A stretch of DNA of 64,000 nucleotides from Chloroflexota bacterium (GTDB lineage: Bacteria > Chloroflexota > Dehalococcoidia > Lucifugimonadales > Lucifugimonadaceae), in contig PBHC01000005.1 in NCBI GenBank assembly GCA_002719295.1, positions 32,001 through 96,000 of the forward strand, read 5' to 3'. Every line of letters begins with the position of its first letter. The first letter of the stretch is position 1. Of this stretch, positions 27,384 through 37,185 are shown one piece after another. Both the position numbers and the translations under genes were made by a program. The notes beneath the pieces were generated by a model, which saw nothing but the letters and a program-made list of their open reading frames with translations, ran no database searches and was not told where the DNA came from.

Positions 27384-28139
27384 ATGGAGTACTCTTTATA
27401 TATTTATTTGATCTTATCTATTATTTGTTTATTAATTGGCTTCTTAGGAGGGTTTTTAGGAATAGCGTTAGGAGCAGTAAGATTGCCTATAATAATTATT
27501 TTAGGGATTGAACCTATTATTGCAGCATCTACAAATTTGCTTGCTGTTATCTTTGGTTCATTTGCCGGTTTAATACCCGCTATAAAACAAAACAGAGTTC
27601 CTATAAAAGCATCTATTAGAATTGCTATACCATCAATGATTGCCGCATTCTTAGGTGGGTATTTTGCATTTCAAATCCCTGAATTATATCTATTAATAAT
27701 TATGATTTTTTGTCTTGTTGTATCAGGCTTAGTCATGACTTTTTACAAAATAAGTGAGTTTGAAGATAAGCCTTCAAACAAAAATTCTTTATATGAAGTT
27801 ACTGTGGGTATTCTTATATCTTATTTCGGAGGTACTGTAGGCTTGGCTTTAGGAGTTCTAAGAGTTCCTGCTTTTGTATATTTCTTAAGGATGAATATTA
27901 AGAAAGCTGGTGGTATAAACCTATTTTTGTCTATTTTAGTAGGTATTTCAGCTTATGCAGGACATTCGTTTTCAGGAGGATTTGATTATTTTCTAGTATT
28001 AACTATTGTTTTTCCTACAATAATTGGGATGTATTGTGGATCAAGATTTGTAAAAATTGCTAATGATAATCAGTTACGTAAAATTTTAGGAATTACTTTG
28101 TTGGTACTATCCCTAGTTTTATTAATTAGAGAGCTTTAG
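27384..28139 (+). CDS. TauE/SafE (TSUP) family permease
   Basis: About 8 TM helices in two repeats with GGxxGxAxGxxRxP motifs. Confidence 0.85.
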   Translation: MEYSLYIYLILSIICLLIGFLGGFLGIALGAVRLPIIIILGIEPIIAASTNLLAVIFGSFAGLIPAIKQNRVPIKASIRIAIPSMIAAFLGGYFAFQIPELYLLIIMIFCLVVSGLVMTFYKISEFEDKPSNKNSLYEVTVGILISYFGGTVGLALGVLRVPAFVYFLRMNIKKAGGINLFLSILVGISAYAGHSFSGGFDYFLVLTIVFPTIIGMYCGSRFVKIANDNQLRKILGITLLVLSLVLLIREL

Positions 28140-28165
28140 GCAGAATCTATTTGACCCTGCCTAAA
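28135..28165. terminator. Hairpin between convergent tauE-like gene and sodN
   Basis: tttaggcag-N13-ctgcctaaa inverted repeat; no downstream U-tract on either strand. Confidence 0.45.
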
Positions 28166-28172
28166 AAAATAA

Positions 28173-28598
28173 TTATTTTTTAGTTTCCCAAAAAATATCC
28201 CCTATTTCTTCTAATGCTGCTTTAAACTCTTTAGCTTTTCCAAGGTCTACATTAACTTTTACAAAAGATCCTAGCTTACATGCATTCCAAACTTTTTCAT
28301 GTAAATCAGGGTATTTTTCTAAATGTTCTGGTTTGAAATAATCAGTCCATATAACCAAAATGTCATCTTTTGCTTTTTTTGCGTGCTCTTCTTTTGCAGC
28401 AACATATCTAGCCATTGAATTACCTAGACTTGCAGATGGTCCTTTTGAATAATCTAGTTCTTCAAGCAATTCCGTCATTCTGATCACTGTTTGAGCCGCC
28501 TGTAGTGCATCATGTGGATCATAAATTCCACACGGGATATCACAGTGACTAGTTGCTTCATGTACATTGAATACTTTTTCAAAAATATTATTTAACAT
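28173..28598 (-). CDS. sodN: Nickel superoxide dismutase precursor
   Basis: Nickel-hook HCDIPCGIYDP after a 17-aa leader; WTDYFK; FWETK. Confidence 0.97.
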   Translation of the reverse strand: MLNNIFEKVFNVHEATSHCDIPCGIYDPHDALQAAQTVIRMTELLEELDYSKGPSASLGNSMARYVAAKEEHAKKAKDDILVIWTDYFKPEHLEKYPDLHEKVWNACKLGSFVKVNVDLGKAKEFKAALEEIGDIFWETKK

Positions 28599-28645
28599 TT
28601 TTTCTCCTTGTTTAATTTTTTTCTTGTGGTTGTAGAATATATATT

Positions 28646-29110
28646 ATGATAAATTTACGAAGTTTGATAATACCTTTTGTTAAAAATTTATTGAATATAC
28701 TATTTTTTCCAAAAAACTACATGATTTTCAAAATAACTGAAATGAATAGTAATAGTATGGAACCAAATTTTCATGAAGGTTCCTATTATTTGGTAAAAAA
28801 AATATCTGATTTTTCCTCAATAAAAAGATTCGATGTAATTATTTATTTTTGCAAAATCCACTCATTAAATCATATAAAAAGAGTAGTTGGGCTACCCAAT
28901 GAAACATTAAATGTGTATGACAATTCAATTTTTGTTAATACCAAAAAAATCGATAATATTTCTATTCCTGATTCAATAAACATTGAATGTAAAATTAGAT
29001 CAATTGAATATTTTTTATTGTCAGATAATATATTTTTATTAGGAAAATCTTGCGATTCAATAAAGAATGGCCCAATAAAAAAAGAAAATATTATAGGTTC
29101 AATTATTTAA
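28646..29110 (+). CDS. S26-family peptidase, probable SodN maturation protease
   Basis: NSMEP catalytic Ser, IKRVVGLP Lys, DS..GPI...IIG; divergent from sodN; no clear TM anchor. Confidence 0.7.
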   Translation: MINLRSLIIPFVKNLLNILFFPKNYMIFKITEMNSNSMEPNFHEGSYYLVKKISDFSSIKRFDVIIYFCKIHSLNHIKRVVGLPNETLNVYDNSIFVNTKKIDNISIPDSINIECKIRSIEYFLLSDNIFLLGKSCDSIKNGPIKKENIIGSII

Positions 29111-30389
29111 AATAATTGTTAATTAGTTTTTTCGAAGACAATGCTGCTGTTTCCATAGTGTTTGGTAAACTATTTATAGTCCAATCTCCTACATAATATA
29201 GATTTCTACTTTTATGATTCAGATTGATTTTTTTTGTAGATATTTGTGTTGCCTTTGGAGATCTTATTACAAGAGACCTTATGTTTTTTATGTTTTCAGA
29301 AATATTCAATTCTTTTCTTAATATTTTTTCATATTCTTGAATTAATTTTTGATTAGTAACCTTTAATAGATTCCCAACTGCACTTAGAGAAATTACGATT
29401 CTATATTCTTTATTTGATTTTCTAAATTTATTATCAGAAAATACCCATTCTAATTTTGAATTAGTAAAACTAATAAAATCTTCGTTGGTTACCTTTTTAT
29501 CAAACCAAAAATAGATATTGATTATTCCATCAGTTCTTAAATTATTATTTTGGGTCTTATTATTTGTGGGTGAATCGAAACTTTTTATCCCCCCAATAGT
29601 AGTCGCTATTATGACTTTGTCATACACATAATTTTTATTTTTGCTCATTAATGAATATTTTTTTTGAGAATATTTTATATTTTCTATTTTTTCTCCTAGA
29701 TATAAGTTTGATTCATTTTTCTTTATGTAATTTTCAAAATTTTTATTTAGAATTTTGCTAAAAGGTTTTTTGAAATAACAAATTCCTATATTTTTTTTAT
29801 AATTGAAAATCATAATCTGAAATAAATTTATCGCATGATTCATTGTTATTTCGTTAAGTTTAGAATTAAAAGCCGGAACACAAATTATTTCCCAAAACTT
29901 TTTTATCATGTCATTATTTTGACCATTTTTTTCTAACCATGATTTGAAGGAAGTTTTAGAATTATAATCTTTTGATTTTGATAATTTATATAAACCTAAA
30001 ATTATCTTTAATCTTTCATTGAATTTTAAGTTTTTGTAGTTTAAAACAGAAAAAATTAAATTTAGTGGATATAAAGGAATGCTTGATTTAATATAGTGAG
30101 TTTTTGAGTTATCTTGAACTGGAATATTAATTTTCTTTTTTATAGATAAATATTGCTTAACATTTAGTTTTTCTAGGACTTCTAGAAAATTTTTATATGA
30201 AGGTAAAAATATGTGCTGTCCTATGTCTACAGTAATATTTTTGTTTTTTATAGATCCAGCTCTCCCCCCTAAAGTTTTTTTTGTTTCAAAAATATCTACT
30301 TTATAACCTTTTTCAATAAGAAATACTGATGCAGCTATTCCTGAAATTCCTCCCCCAATTATTGCTATTTTTTGATTTTTGTTTTTCAA
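29103..30389 (-). CDS. hpnE: Hydroxysqualene dehydroxylase-like FAD oxidoreductase
   Basis: IIGGGISG, LGGRAGS, DIGQHIF, GDWT..LPNTMETAALS; next to hpnC. Confidence 0.8.
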   Translation of the reverse strand: MKNKNQKIAIIGGGISGIAASVFLIEKGYKVDIFETKKTLGGRAGSIKNKNITVDIGQHIFLPSYKNFLEVLEKLNVKQYLSIKKKINIPVQDNSKTHYIKSSIPLYPLNLIFSVLNYKNLKFNERLKIILGLYKLSKSKDYNSKTSFKSWLEKNGQNNDMIKKFWEIICVPAFNSKLNEITMNHAINLFQIMIFNYKKNIGICYFKKPFSKILNKNFENYIKKNESNLYLGEKIENIKYSQKKYSLMSKNKNYVYDKVIIATTIGGIKSFDSPTNNKTQNNNLRTDGIINIYFWFDKKVTNEDFISFTNSKLEWVFSDNKFRKSNKEYRIVISLSAVGNLLKVTNQKLIQEYEKILRKELNISENIKNIRSLVIRSPKATQISTKKINLNHKSRNLYYVGDWTINSLPNTMETAALSSKKLINNYFK

Positions 30390-31345
30390 TTTTTGTGTAA
30401 ATAAGATTTTAAAATAGATTTGATTATTATAATGATTTTTTCCAATGAATTAGTTTTAGGTTTTTTTAAAAGTATATTTGATTTATTTTTACTAATTTTT
30501 TTTAATATACTTTCACCAGAACTTATAAAAATTTGTATTATAGTCGCATCTTTCTTTTTAAGGTAGGATGTAAGATTTTTCCCATCCTGATATAACGTTT
30601 TATTTATATTAACTAGTTCAGTAATTAGATTTTCAAATTGTTCCTTGTACGTATCATTATCTAAAATCTTTTTGTTATTCAGTTTTGATAGATCAACTTT
30701 GTGTTTTTTTAAAAATTCACCTGGGATATAAGTCCTCCCTTTACTTAAATCTATTTGTATATCTTGAATGAAATTAGTAATTTGAAGTGCTGTGCAAATA
30801 TTATTAGAAAGATTTACTAGGTTTTTATCTCTATATCCCATAATATTTAATACAATCTCTCCAACAGGATTGGCAGAATGTTCACAATAATAATAAAGTT
30901 CCTCTAATGAATTATAATTATGTTTTGTTTGATCTATAGAATTTGCTTTTATTAATTTTTCAAATGGTAGTTTAGGTAAATTGTATTTTTTTATTGTTTT
31001 TTGTAGAGCTATAAAAACTGGATTTGTAGCACTGTTTTTATAAGCAAGGTCTAATTCTTTTTGCCAAATTTCTAATCCATCAAAAATGCTTTCTTTAGAA
31101 AGTTCATCTCCTATAAAATCAATTCCTCTAGAAAAAGCATATATACTTGCAAAGTCATCCATAAGATTTTTTTTAATAAAAAACATATAAATAGGAAAAT
31201 TTTCATAATTCCTATTTATGATTTCATAGCATGTCTTTATAGATTCTTTGTAATTTAATTTTTTACCAGATTGAAGGAAAATTAAATTTTTCATATTATC
31301 TGATTTTTGAAAACTCATAGAATAATTTTTTTTCAAATATTTCAT
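30386..31345 (-). CDS. hpnC: Squalene/phytoene synthase family, HpnC-like
   Basis: YENFP, IYAFSRGIDFIGDE, YCEHSANPVG, CTALQITNFIQD, GRTYIP. Confidence 0.85.
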   Translation of the reverse strand: MKYLKKNYSMSFQKSDNMKNLIFLQSGKKLNYKESIKTCYEIINRNYENFPIYMFFIKKNLMDDFASIYAFSRGIDFIGDELSKESIFDGLEIWQKELDLAYKNSATNPVFIALQKTIKKYNLPKLPFEKLIKANSIDQTKHNYNSLEELYYYCEHSANPVGEIVLNIMGYRDKNLVNLSNNICTALQITNFIQDIQIDLSKGRTYIPGEFLKKHKVDLSKLNNKKILDNDTYKEQFENLITELVNINKTLYQDGKNLTSYLKKKDATIIQIFISSGESILKKISKNKSNILLKKPKTNSLEKIIIIIKSILKSYLHKN

Positions 31346-31952
31346 TTTTGATTTTTTTTGTTTTTATTTTATGAAAATATAATTCTCTTAAGAATTCATT
31401 AAACTTATTCCAAATTGTAGGATTTAAGTTGTTTGTGATTGGAAAGCTTGAATTAATTATTCTGATTATTGATATGTTAAGTGAGTTTTTTATCATAAAT
31501 TCATTTAATCTTGAAGAATAGCTATCTATGAAAATTCCATTTAGATTATCATTTATCCATTTTTTAGCATTTGATCTATGATGTATATTATGAGCATTTT
31601 CTAATTCAATGCCTGAGCCTACATAATGTTCAAATGTTAATTTTTCTAGAATATCGCAAATTGATTTATTTAATTCTTCAGAAGTATCGAACCATCTGTC
31701 TTCTCTGGGCACAGACCAATTGATTGGTTTAGAATTCATGCTTATAGTTTCTTTTGCTACAATAATACTTCCATTTTCTATATGCTTTATAGTTTGGAGG
31801 GCGAAATCTAAAGAAATAATATTTTTTGGCTTTAAATCATCTATTGTTTTTTTTAAATCAATAAAATCATCATTTTTTTCTATGGAGTAAAAATAAAAAT
31901 TATTGTTTATGGCTTTCTTTTTGAAGTATTTATTACTAATTATTAAGTTCAT
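31296..31952 (-). CDS. Degenerate nucleoside phosphorylase-like protein (HpnG-like)
   Basis: PKNIISLDFA...GSIIVA, IDSYS and IIRII resemble the ISxGFAG...GDxVV, DMES and VRxISD segments of PNP/MTAN-fold proteins; hpn context. Confidence 0.5.
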   Translation of the reverse strand: MNLIISNKYFKKKAINNNFYFYSIEKNDDFIDLKKTIDDLKPKNIISLDFALQTIKHIENGSIIVAKETISMNSKPINWSVPREDRWFDTSEELNKSICDILEKLTFEHYVGSGIELENAHNIHHRSNAKKWINDNLNGIFIDSYSSRLNEFMIKNSLNISIIRIINSSFPITNNLNPTIWNKFNEFLRELYFHKIKTKKIKNEIFEKKLFYEFSKIR

Positions 31953-32971
31953 TATTTTGTACGATGCATTAAGAAAAAGTTTGTATCTAAAAGCATACTT
32001 TTATATTTATCGGAAATATCTAATTTTTCAATTAATGATATCGTATCATTGTATTTGTCATTCAAAATTGAATCACAGTAAGATTTGATTTTATATTTAT
32101 TCATTAAGTCCAATATTATCTGTTTTTCTTTTTCATTTATTTCTTCATTAAAAATTTCATTTATTAATTCTTTATCATTGGAATCGCAAGTTTGGATTAG
32201 CTGCAATATTGGAAAAGATTTCTTTTTCTTTAATATGTCGCTCCCGATAGGCTTACCAAATTCGCTATTTCCCCATATTCCTAGTACATCGTCTTTTATT
32301 TGAAACATATGTCCAAATGTATTCCCGATTTCTGAAAATATATCAGTGGTTATTTTATTATTTGATTCAAGAATTGAACCCAAAATTACAGATGTCTTAA
32401 TTAATGCCCCTGTTTTCCTTTCTATCATTTGTAAGTAATCTTCGACATTTATTTGTTTTCTACTTTCAAAATCTATGTCTAAATATTGTCCTTCTATAAC
32501 AGCTATGCATGTTTTATTTATCAATTTTCTTAGCTCTATAAGTTTAAGTTCATCTTTGGAATTGATTTCTTCTAGAGCTTTACTTGCTAAAGCATGCATT
32601 GAACTTCCAGAAATAATTCCTACATCTTCACCCCAAATTTTCCAAACAGTTTTACGATTTCTTCTCATTTCGTCCCTATCCTCTATGTCATCGTGTATTA
32701 ATGAAAAATTATGGAATAATTCTATGGACATTGCTAGCGGTAAAATATTTTTTTCTTTCCCTCCTAAAGCTTCATTTATAAGCATCATAATTGAAGGTCT
32801 GAACGCTTTACCTGTAGTGTCATCATCGTGTCCATTTTCATCTATCCAGCCTAAAAAGTACCTGTGTGTTCCATACAAAGGATCTTTAAGCTTTTTATAA
32901 AATTCTTTAGTGAATTTATTTAGAGAAGTTTGATATTTATTAAATTTTAAAGGTAATTCTGGTTTTCTCAT
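31952..32971 (-). CDS. Polyprenyl diphosphate synthase (FPP/GGPP)
   Basis: GKAFRP, FSLIHDDIEDRDEMRR, GQYLD, KTGAL, FQIKDD. Confidence 0.95.
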   Translation of the reverse strand: MRKPELPLKFNKYQTSLNKFTKEFYKKLKDPLYGTHRYFLGWIDENGHDDDTTGKAFRPSIMMLINEALGGKEKNILPLAMSIELFHNFSLIHDDIEDRDEMRRNRKTVWKIWGEDVGIISGSSMHALASKALEEINSKDELKLIELRKLINKTCIAVIEGQYLDIDFESRKQINVEDYLQMIERKTGALIKTSVILGSILESNNKITTDIFSEIGNTFGHMFQIKDDVLGIWGNSEFGKPIGSDILKKKKSFPILQLIQTCDSNDKELINEIFNEEINEKEKQIILDLMNKYKIKSYCDSILNDKYNDTISLIEKLDISDKYKSMLLDTNFFLMHRTK

Positions 32972-33130
32972 TTTGAATAAATTATATGTGTTTCTAAATT
33001 ATATATCTCTATAAAGTTTTCGAAAACTATTTAATTATCTTATATGTTAGTTATAAGATAATCTTAGTCTGGAAATACATATTATGTATATATTATGCTA
33101 TAATTTTATTATACGAGTAGAGGTAATATT

Positions 33131-33484
33131 ATTAGCTTTTCTAGAGAAGAACCAGTTTATGCAATAGGGATTGTTTCTAAAATTGTAGGATTGCATCAGC
33201 AAACCTTGAGAAATTATGAGAGGTGGAACCTAGTTGTACCTTTTAGATCACCAGGAGGCACTAGGTATTATTCCGTTATAGATATTGAAAAAATAGAAAA
33301 AGTTAAAGATTGGATTGAGAAATTTGGTATTAATAGAGCTGGAATTGAAATAATTACTGATTTACTTAAACAAATTAATGAACTCGAGAAGAAAAACAAT
33401 TTTCTTGAGTCTGAATTGATTAGATATAGAAGCAGGGGATCTGTAAAAGAATTGCCTGAAAATATAAGCAGGAGGAGTTTATGA
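33131..33484 (+). CDS. hspR: HspR-like MerR-family heat-shock repressor
   Basis: EPVYAIGIVSKIVGLHQQTLRNYER, PFRSPGGTRYYS, GINRAGI. The ORF track start (TTG 33191) falls inside the HTH; the likely start is ATT 33128/33131 after GAGGT. Confidence 0.85.
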   Translation: MSFSREEPVYAIGIVSKIVGLHQQTLRNYERWNLVVPFRSPGGTRYYSVIDIEKIEKVKDWIEKFGINRAGIEIITDLLKQINELEKKNNFLESELIRYRSRGSVKELPENISRRSL

Positions 33485-36030
33485 TTTCAACAGAAATTTG
33501 GTCTAGAGATATTATGGATAAAGAACTTTTAGAAGTTTTTGATCAAGCGGAACATCTAGCAACTAGTGCATATAGAGAAGAATTTTTTACTATAAATCAT
33601 CTTATGTTGTCTCTTTTAAGAACAGATTCAGTAATTAATATTCTAAGCAATTTAGTTACAGAATCCTCTCTAAAAAATTGGGAAACAGAACTTATGAAAG
33701 GATTCAATGACAATAAGTTTCCTATTCAAGAAATTAGATATGAAAATCCTATGCAAAAGCTCTACTCAATTTGTTTAGAACTTGCGAATGCAACTCAGAG
33801 TGAAAAAATAAAAATCATTCATGTTTTACTAGGATTAGTTGAGCTAGCAAATAAAGCTCCAATCACAAGAGTGATAAATAGAAGATCTCTCCAAGAATAT
33901 AGAACAACTAATAATATAACATTTGATTTATTCTTGAGTAACAGACTGACCGTTGATAATGTACAGTTTGCATATTTGGTAGCTAATCCAAATTCCGAAC
34001 TTAAGACAAAAAAAGAAAATATTGATTTTTCTGAACAAAAATCAAATGAAGATCAGGATATAAAAGAAAAATCTAAGTACGAATTTCTGGATAAATATTC
34101 TGTTGATTTGACTAGCCTAGCAAAGCAAAATTTAATTGATCCAATAATAGGAAGAGATTCTGAAATTAAAAAAGTTCAGCAAATATTGCTACGAAGAACA
34201 AAAAATAATCCTGTACTTATTGGAGATGCAGGTGTTGGTAAAACTGCAATAGCTGAAGGCTTGGCTTTAAATATTATAGGTGGTAATGTTCACCCATTTT
34301 TAAAAGATAAAAAAGTTTTATCTCTTCAGCTAGGGCAATTATTAGCTGGAACTGGAGTTAGAGGTGAATTTGAAGAAAGAATGCAAACAATTATAAAAGA
34401 AATGGAAGATTCTCAAGGAGAGATAATTTTATTTATAGATGAAATACACACAGTAGTTGGTGCTGGATCAGGTGGTGGTGCATTAGATGCTTCAAATATG
34501 ATGAAACCCGCACTTGCGAGAGGTAAATTACAAACCATCGGAGCTACTACTCCAGATGAATACAGAAAATATATTGAATCCGACCAAGCTCTAGAAAGAA
34601 GATTTTCTCCTGTCTTTATAAATGAACCGACAAAAGAGGCATCAATTAAAATGCTTCAAGGATTAAGATATAAATATGAAAAACATCATGAATTGAAAAT
34701 TTCAGATGAAGCGATAGAATCCGCTGTGACATTATCAGATAGATATATAAAAAATAGATTTTTGCCTGATAAAGCTATAGATTTAATGGATGAATCACTA
34801 TCAAGAGTAAAAATTGAAAATCCCTTAACCCCTGATCAGATTTCTGAAATTGAAAATGAAATCAATGTGCTTAAAGAAGAAGAAAATAAACTTTTTCAAG
34901 AGGGCAATAAATCAGATTCAGAAAAAATAGTAGAAAAAAGATACCAAAAAGAAGAAAACTTAAGGTTACAAAGAGAACAGTGGGGATTTAGCGAAAAACA
35001 AGTTGAAATAGTTGAACCTAAGCATATAGCGAAAGTTATTTCTGAAAAAACAGGTATACCTATAGATAATTTAATTCAAAGTGAATCAAAAAAATTATTA
35101 AAACTTGAAGAAGAATTGCATAAAAGAGTTATTGGTCAAACTAAAGCTGTTCAAGGAATTTCAGATTCAATTAGAAGAAGCAGAGCAGGGTTGCAAGACC
35201 CTACTAGACCTATAGGATCATTTATATTTTTAGGTCCAACTGGTGTAGGAAAAACTGAACTTGCTAAATCATTAGCAGAATTTTTATTTGATGATGAAAA
35301 CAATATAGTTCGAGTTGATATGTCTGAATATAGAGAAAGTTATTCTATGGCAAGATTAATTGGAGCTCCTCCAGGCTATGTTGGGTACGATGATGCTGGA
35401 CAATTAACAGAAGCTGTAAGAAGAAATCCATATAGTGTTGTTTTATTTGATGAAATAGAGAAAGCTCATGATGATATTTTTAATGTATTGCTTCAAGTTT
35501 TGGATGATGGAAGGTTAACTGATGGGCAGGGAAGAACTGTTGATTTTACCAATACTATTATAATAATGACTTCAAATTTAGGTAGTGATTTTATAAATAA
35601 AGAATCAATTGGTTTTGTGCAAGATTCTGATAAAAAAAATGAAGAACAGCATAATAATGTATCAGAATCATTGAAATCACATTTTAGACCAGAATTCTTA
35701 AATAGGATTGATGAAATAATTATTTTTGAGTCTTTATCTAAAGAAGATTTGTTATTGATTGTTGATAAAGTATTTGATGATTTGACGAATAAATTAAAAC
35801 AAAAAAAAGTTCAATTGAAAATAAATAAAAAAGTTAAGGAATTTATTGCTGAACAGGGATTTGATAAATATTATGGAGCTAGGCCCTTAAGGCGATTGCT
35901 GCAAAAACAAATTGAAAACAAGATTTCAAAAATGATTATATCTAATGAGATAAAAAATGGAGATATTTTGAAACTAACTATGAAAGAAAATGAAATAATG
36001 ATTAAAAGGAATAAAAATAATAATAGTTAG
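33481..36030 (+). CDS. clpC: Hsp100/Clp ATPase, ClpC-like
   Basis: Two AAA+ modules ([16 protein letters not shown]), short middle coiled coil, SIGF ClpP-docking loop; divergent N-domain. Confidence 0.85.
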   Translation: MISTEIWSRDIMDKELLEVFDQAEHLATSAYREEFFTINHLMLSLLRTDSVINILSNLVTESSLKNWETELMKGFNDNKFPIQEIRYENPMQKLYSICLELANATQSEKIKIIHVLLGLVELANKAPITRVINRRSLQEYRTTNNITFDLFLSNRLTVDNVQFAYLVANPNSELKTKKENIDFSEQKSNEDQDIKEKSKYEFLDKYSVDLTSLAKQNLIDPIIGRDSEIKKVQQILLRRTKNNPVLIGDAGVGKTAIAEGLALNIIGGNVHPFLKDKKVLSLQLGQLLAGTGVRGEFEERMQTIIKEMEDSQGEIILFIDEIHTVVGAGSGGGALDASNMMKPALARGKLQTIGATTPDEYRKYIESDQALERRFSPVFINEPTKEASIKMLQGLRYKYEKHHELKISDEAIESAVTLSDRYIKNRFLPDKAIDLMDESLSRVKIENPLTPDQISEIENEINVLKEEENKLFQEGNKSDSEKIVEKRYQKEENLRLQREQWGFSEKQVEIVEPKHIAKVISEKTGIPIDNLIQSESKKLLKLEEELHKRVIGQTKAVQGISDSIRRSRAGLQDPTRPIGSFIFLGPTGVGKTELAKSLAEFLFDDENNIVRVDMSEYRESYSMARLIGAPPGYVGYDDAGQLTEAVRRNPYSVVLFDEIEKAHDDIFNVLLQVLDDGRLTDGQGRTVDFTNTIIIMTSNLGSDFINKESIGFVQDSDKKNEEQHNNVSESLKSHFRPEFLNRIDEIIIFESLSKEDLLLIVDKVFDDLTNKLKQKKVQLKINKKVKEFIAEQGFDKYYGARPLRRLLQKQIENKISKMIISNEIKNGDILKLTMKENEIMIKRNKNNNS

Positions 36031-36032
36031 TT

Positions 36033-37184
36033 ATGAAAAAAACTGATAAAAAAGTTTCAGCAATATTACTTGCTGCTGGAAAATCAAAAAGATTTGAACA
36101 GGATAAAACTTTTTATGAAATTGATGGGACTCCTATAGCAATAAAATCTTTATTAACTATACTATCAATTAAATTTATTGAAAAAGTTTTCATAGTTTCT
36201 TCTAAGGATAACTTTATAAAATTTAAAGATTTTATAAGAGGTAAAGATTATGAAGAAAAAATTGTAATCATAGAAGGTTCAAACACTAGGTCAGCATCTT
36301 TTTTAAAAGCTGTAGATCATATAAATGATAAGAATATTCATATAGATTATTTGATTATTCATGACGCTGCTAGACCATATGCTACAGAAAAAATTTATCT
36401 AAAAGGTTTAGATTTATTAGAAAAATATGATGCTGTTATTCCAGGCTTAACTCCTACTGATACTGTAAAAGTTATAAATGAAGATGAGTTTGTAACCAAA
36501 ACTTTGGACAGATCGAAACTTATTAATGTTCAAACTCCACAATTTTTTAATAAAAAAGTTTTTTTTGAAAATATAAGGAATATTAATCCTTCTGAAATAT
36601 ACACAGATGATTCTTCCTTACTTGATAATACTTCAATAAATATAAAAACAATTCCAGGCGAAATAAACAATATAAAAATAACTACAAAGAATGACATAGA
36701 AAATAATTTGATTTATTATGGCACTGGATTTGATATACATGAACTTGAAAAAGGCTCTCCTCTTAGATTAGGAGGCTTAGATATAGATTTTCAATATAAG
36801 CTTAAAGGCCATTCTGACGGGGACGTTCTAATACATTCAATAATCGATTCCATTTTAGGAGCGGCATCATTAGGAGATATTGGAAAATTTTTTCCATCTA
36901 CTGATAATTCTTTAAAAGATATAGACTCTACATTAATGTTAAAAAAAGTTTCAGATTTAATTACTGAAAAAAAATTCAGAATTGTTAATTTAGATAACAC
37001 GATAATTGTTCAAAAGCCAAGAATGTCGAAATATATTGAAAATATGAAGTCTATTATTTCTAAAATCTTAAAAATTGATATAAAACTTATAAATATAAAG
37101 AGTACTACTACTGATTTTATTGGTATTATTGGTTCAGAAAAAGCTATAGCATCTCAATCAATTTGTAGTTTGAAAAAAAATTAA
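36033..37184 (+). CDS. ispDF: Bifunctional IspD/IspF (MEP pathway)
   Basis: LAAGKSKRF, IHDAARP, QTPQ; GFDIH, GHSDGDVLIH, LGDIG. Confidence 0.93.
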   Translation: MKKTDKKVSAILLAAGKSKRFEQDKTFYEIDGTPIAIKSLLTILSIKFIEKVFIVSSKDNFIKFKDFIRGKDYEEKIVIIEGSNTRSASFLKAVDHINDKNIHIDYLIIHDAARPYATEKIYLKGLDLLEKYDAVIPGLTPTDTVKVINEDEFVTKTLDRSKLINVQTPQFFNKKVFFENIRNINPSEIYTDDSSLLDNTSINIKTIPGEINNIKITTKNDIENNLIYYGTGFDIHELEKGSPLRLGGLDIDFQYKLKGHSDGDVLIHSIIDSILGAASLGDIGKFFPSTDNSLKDIDSTLMLKKVSDLITEKKFRIVNLDNTIIVQKPRMSKYIENMKSIISKILKIDIKLINIKSTTTDFIGIIGSEKAIASQSICSLKKN

Positions 37185-37185
37185 T

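Noticed and set aside
33061..33069. atcttagtc occurs upstream of both hspR (33061) and sufB (40230), loosely like half a HAIR site
   Set aside because: There is no matching inverted half-site (CTTGAGT-N7-ACTCAAG), and a shared 9-mer in AT-rich DNA is weak evidence.
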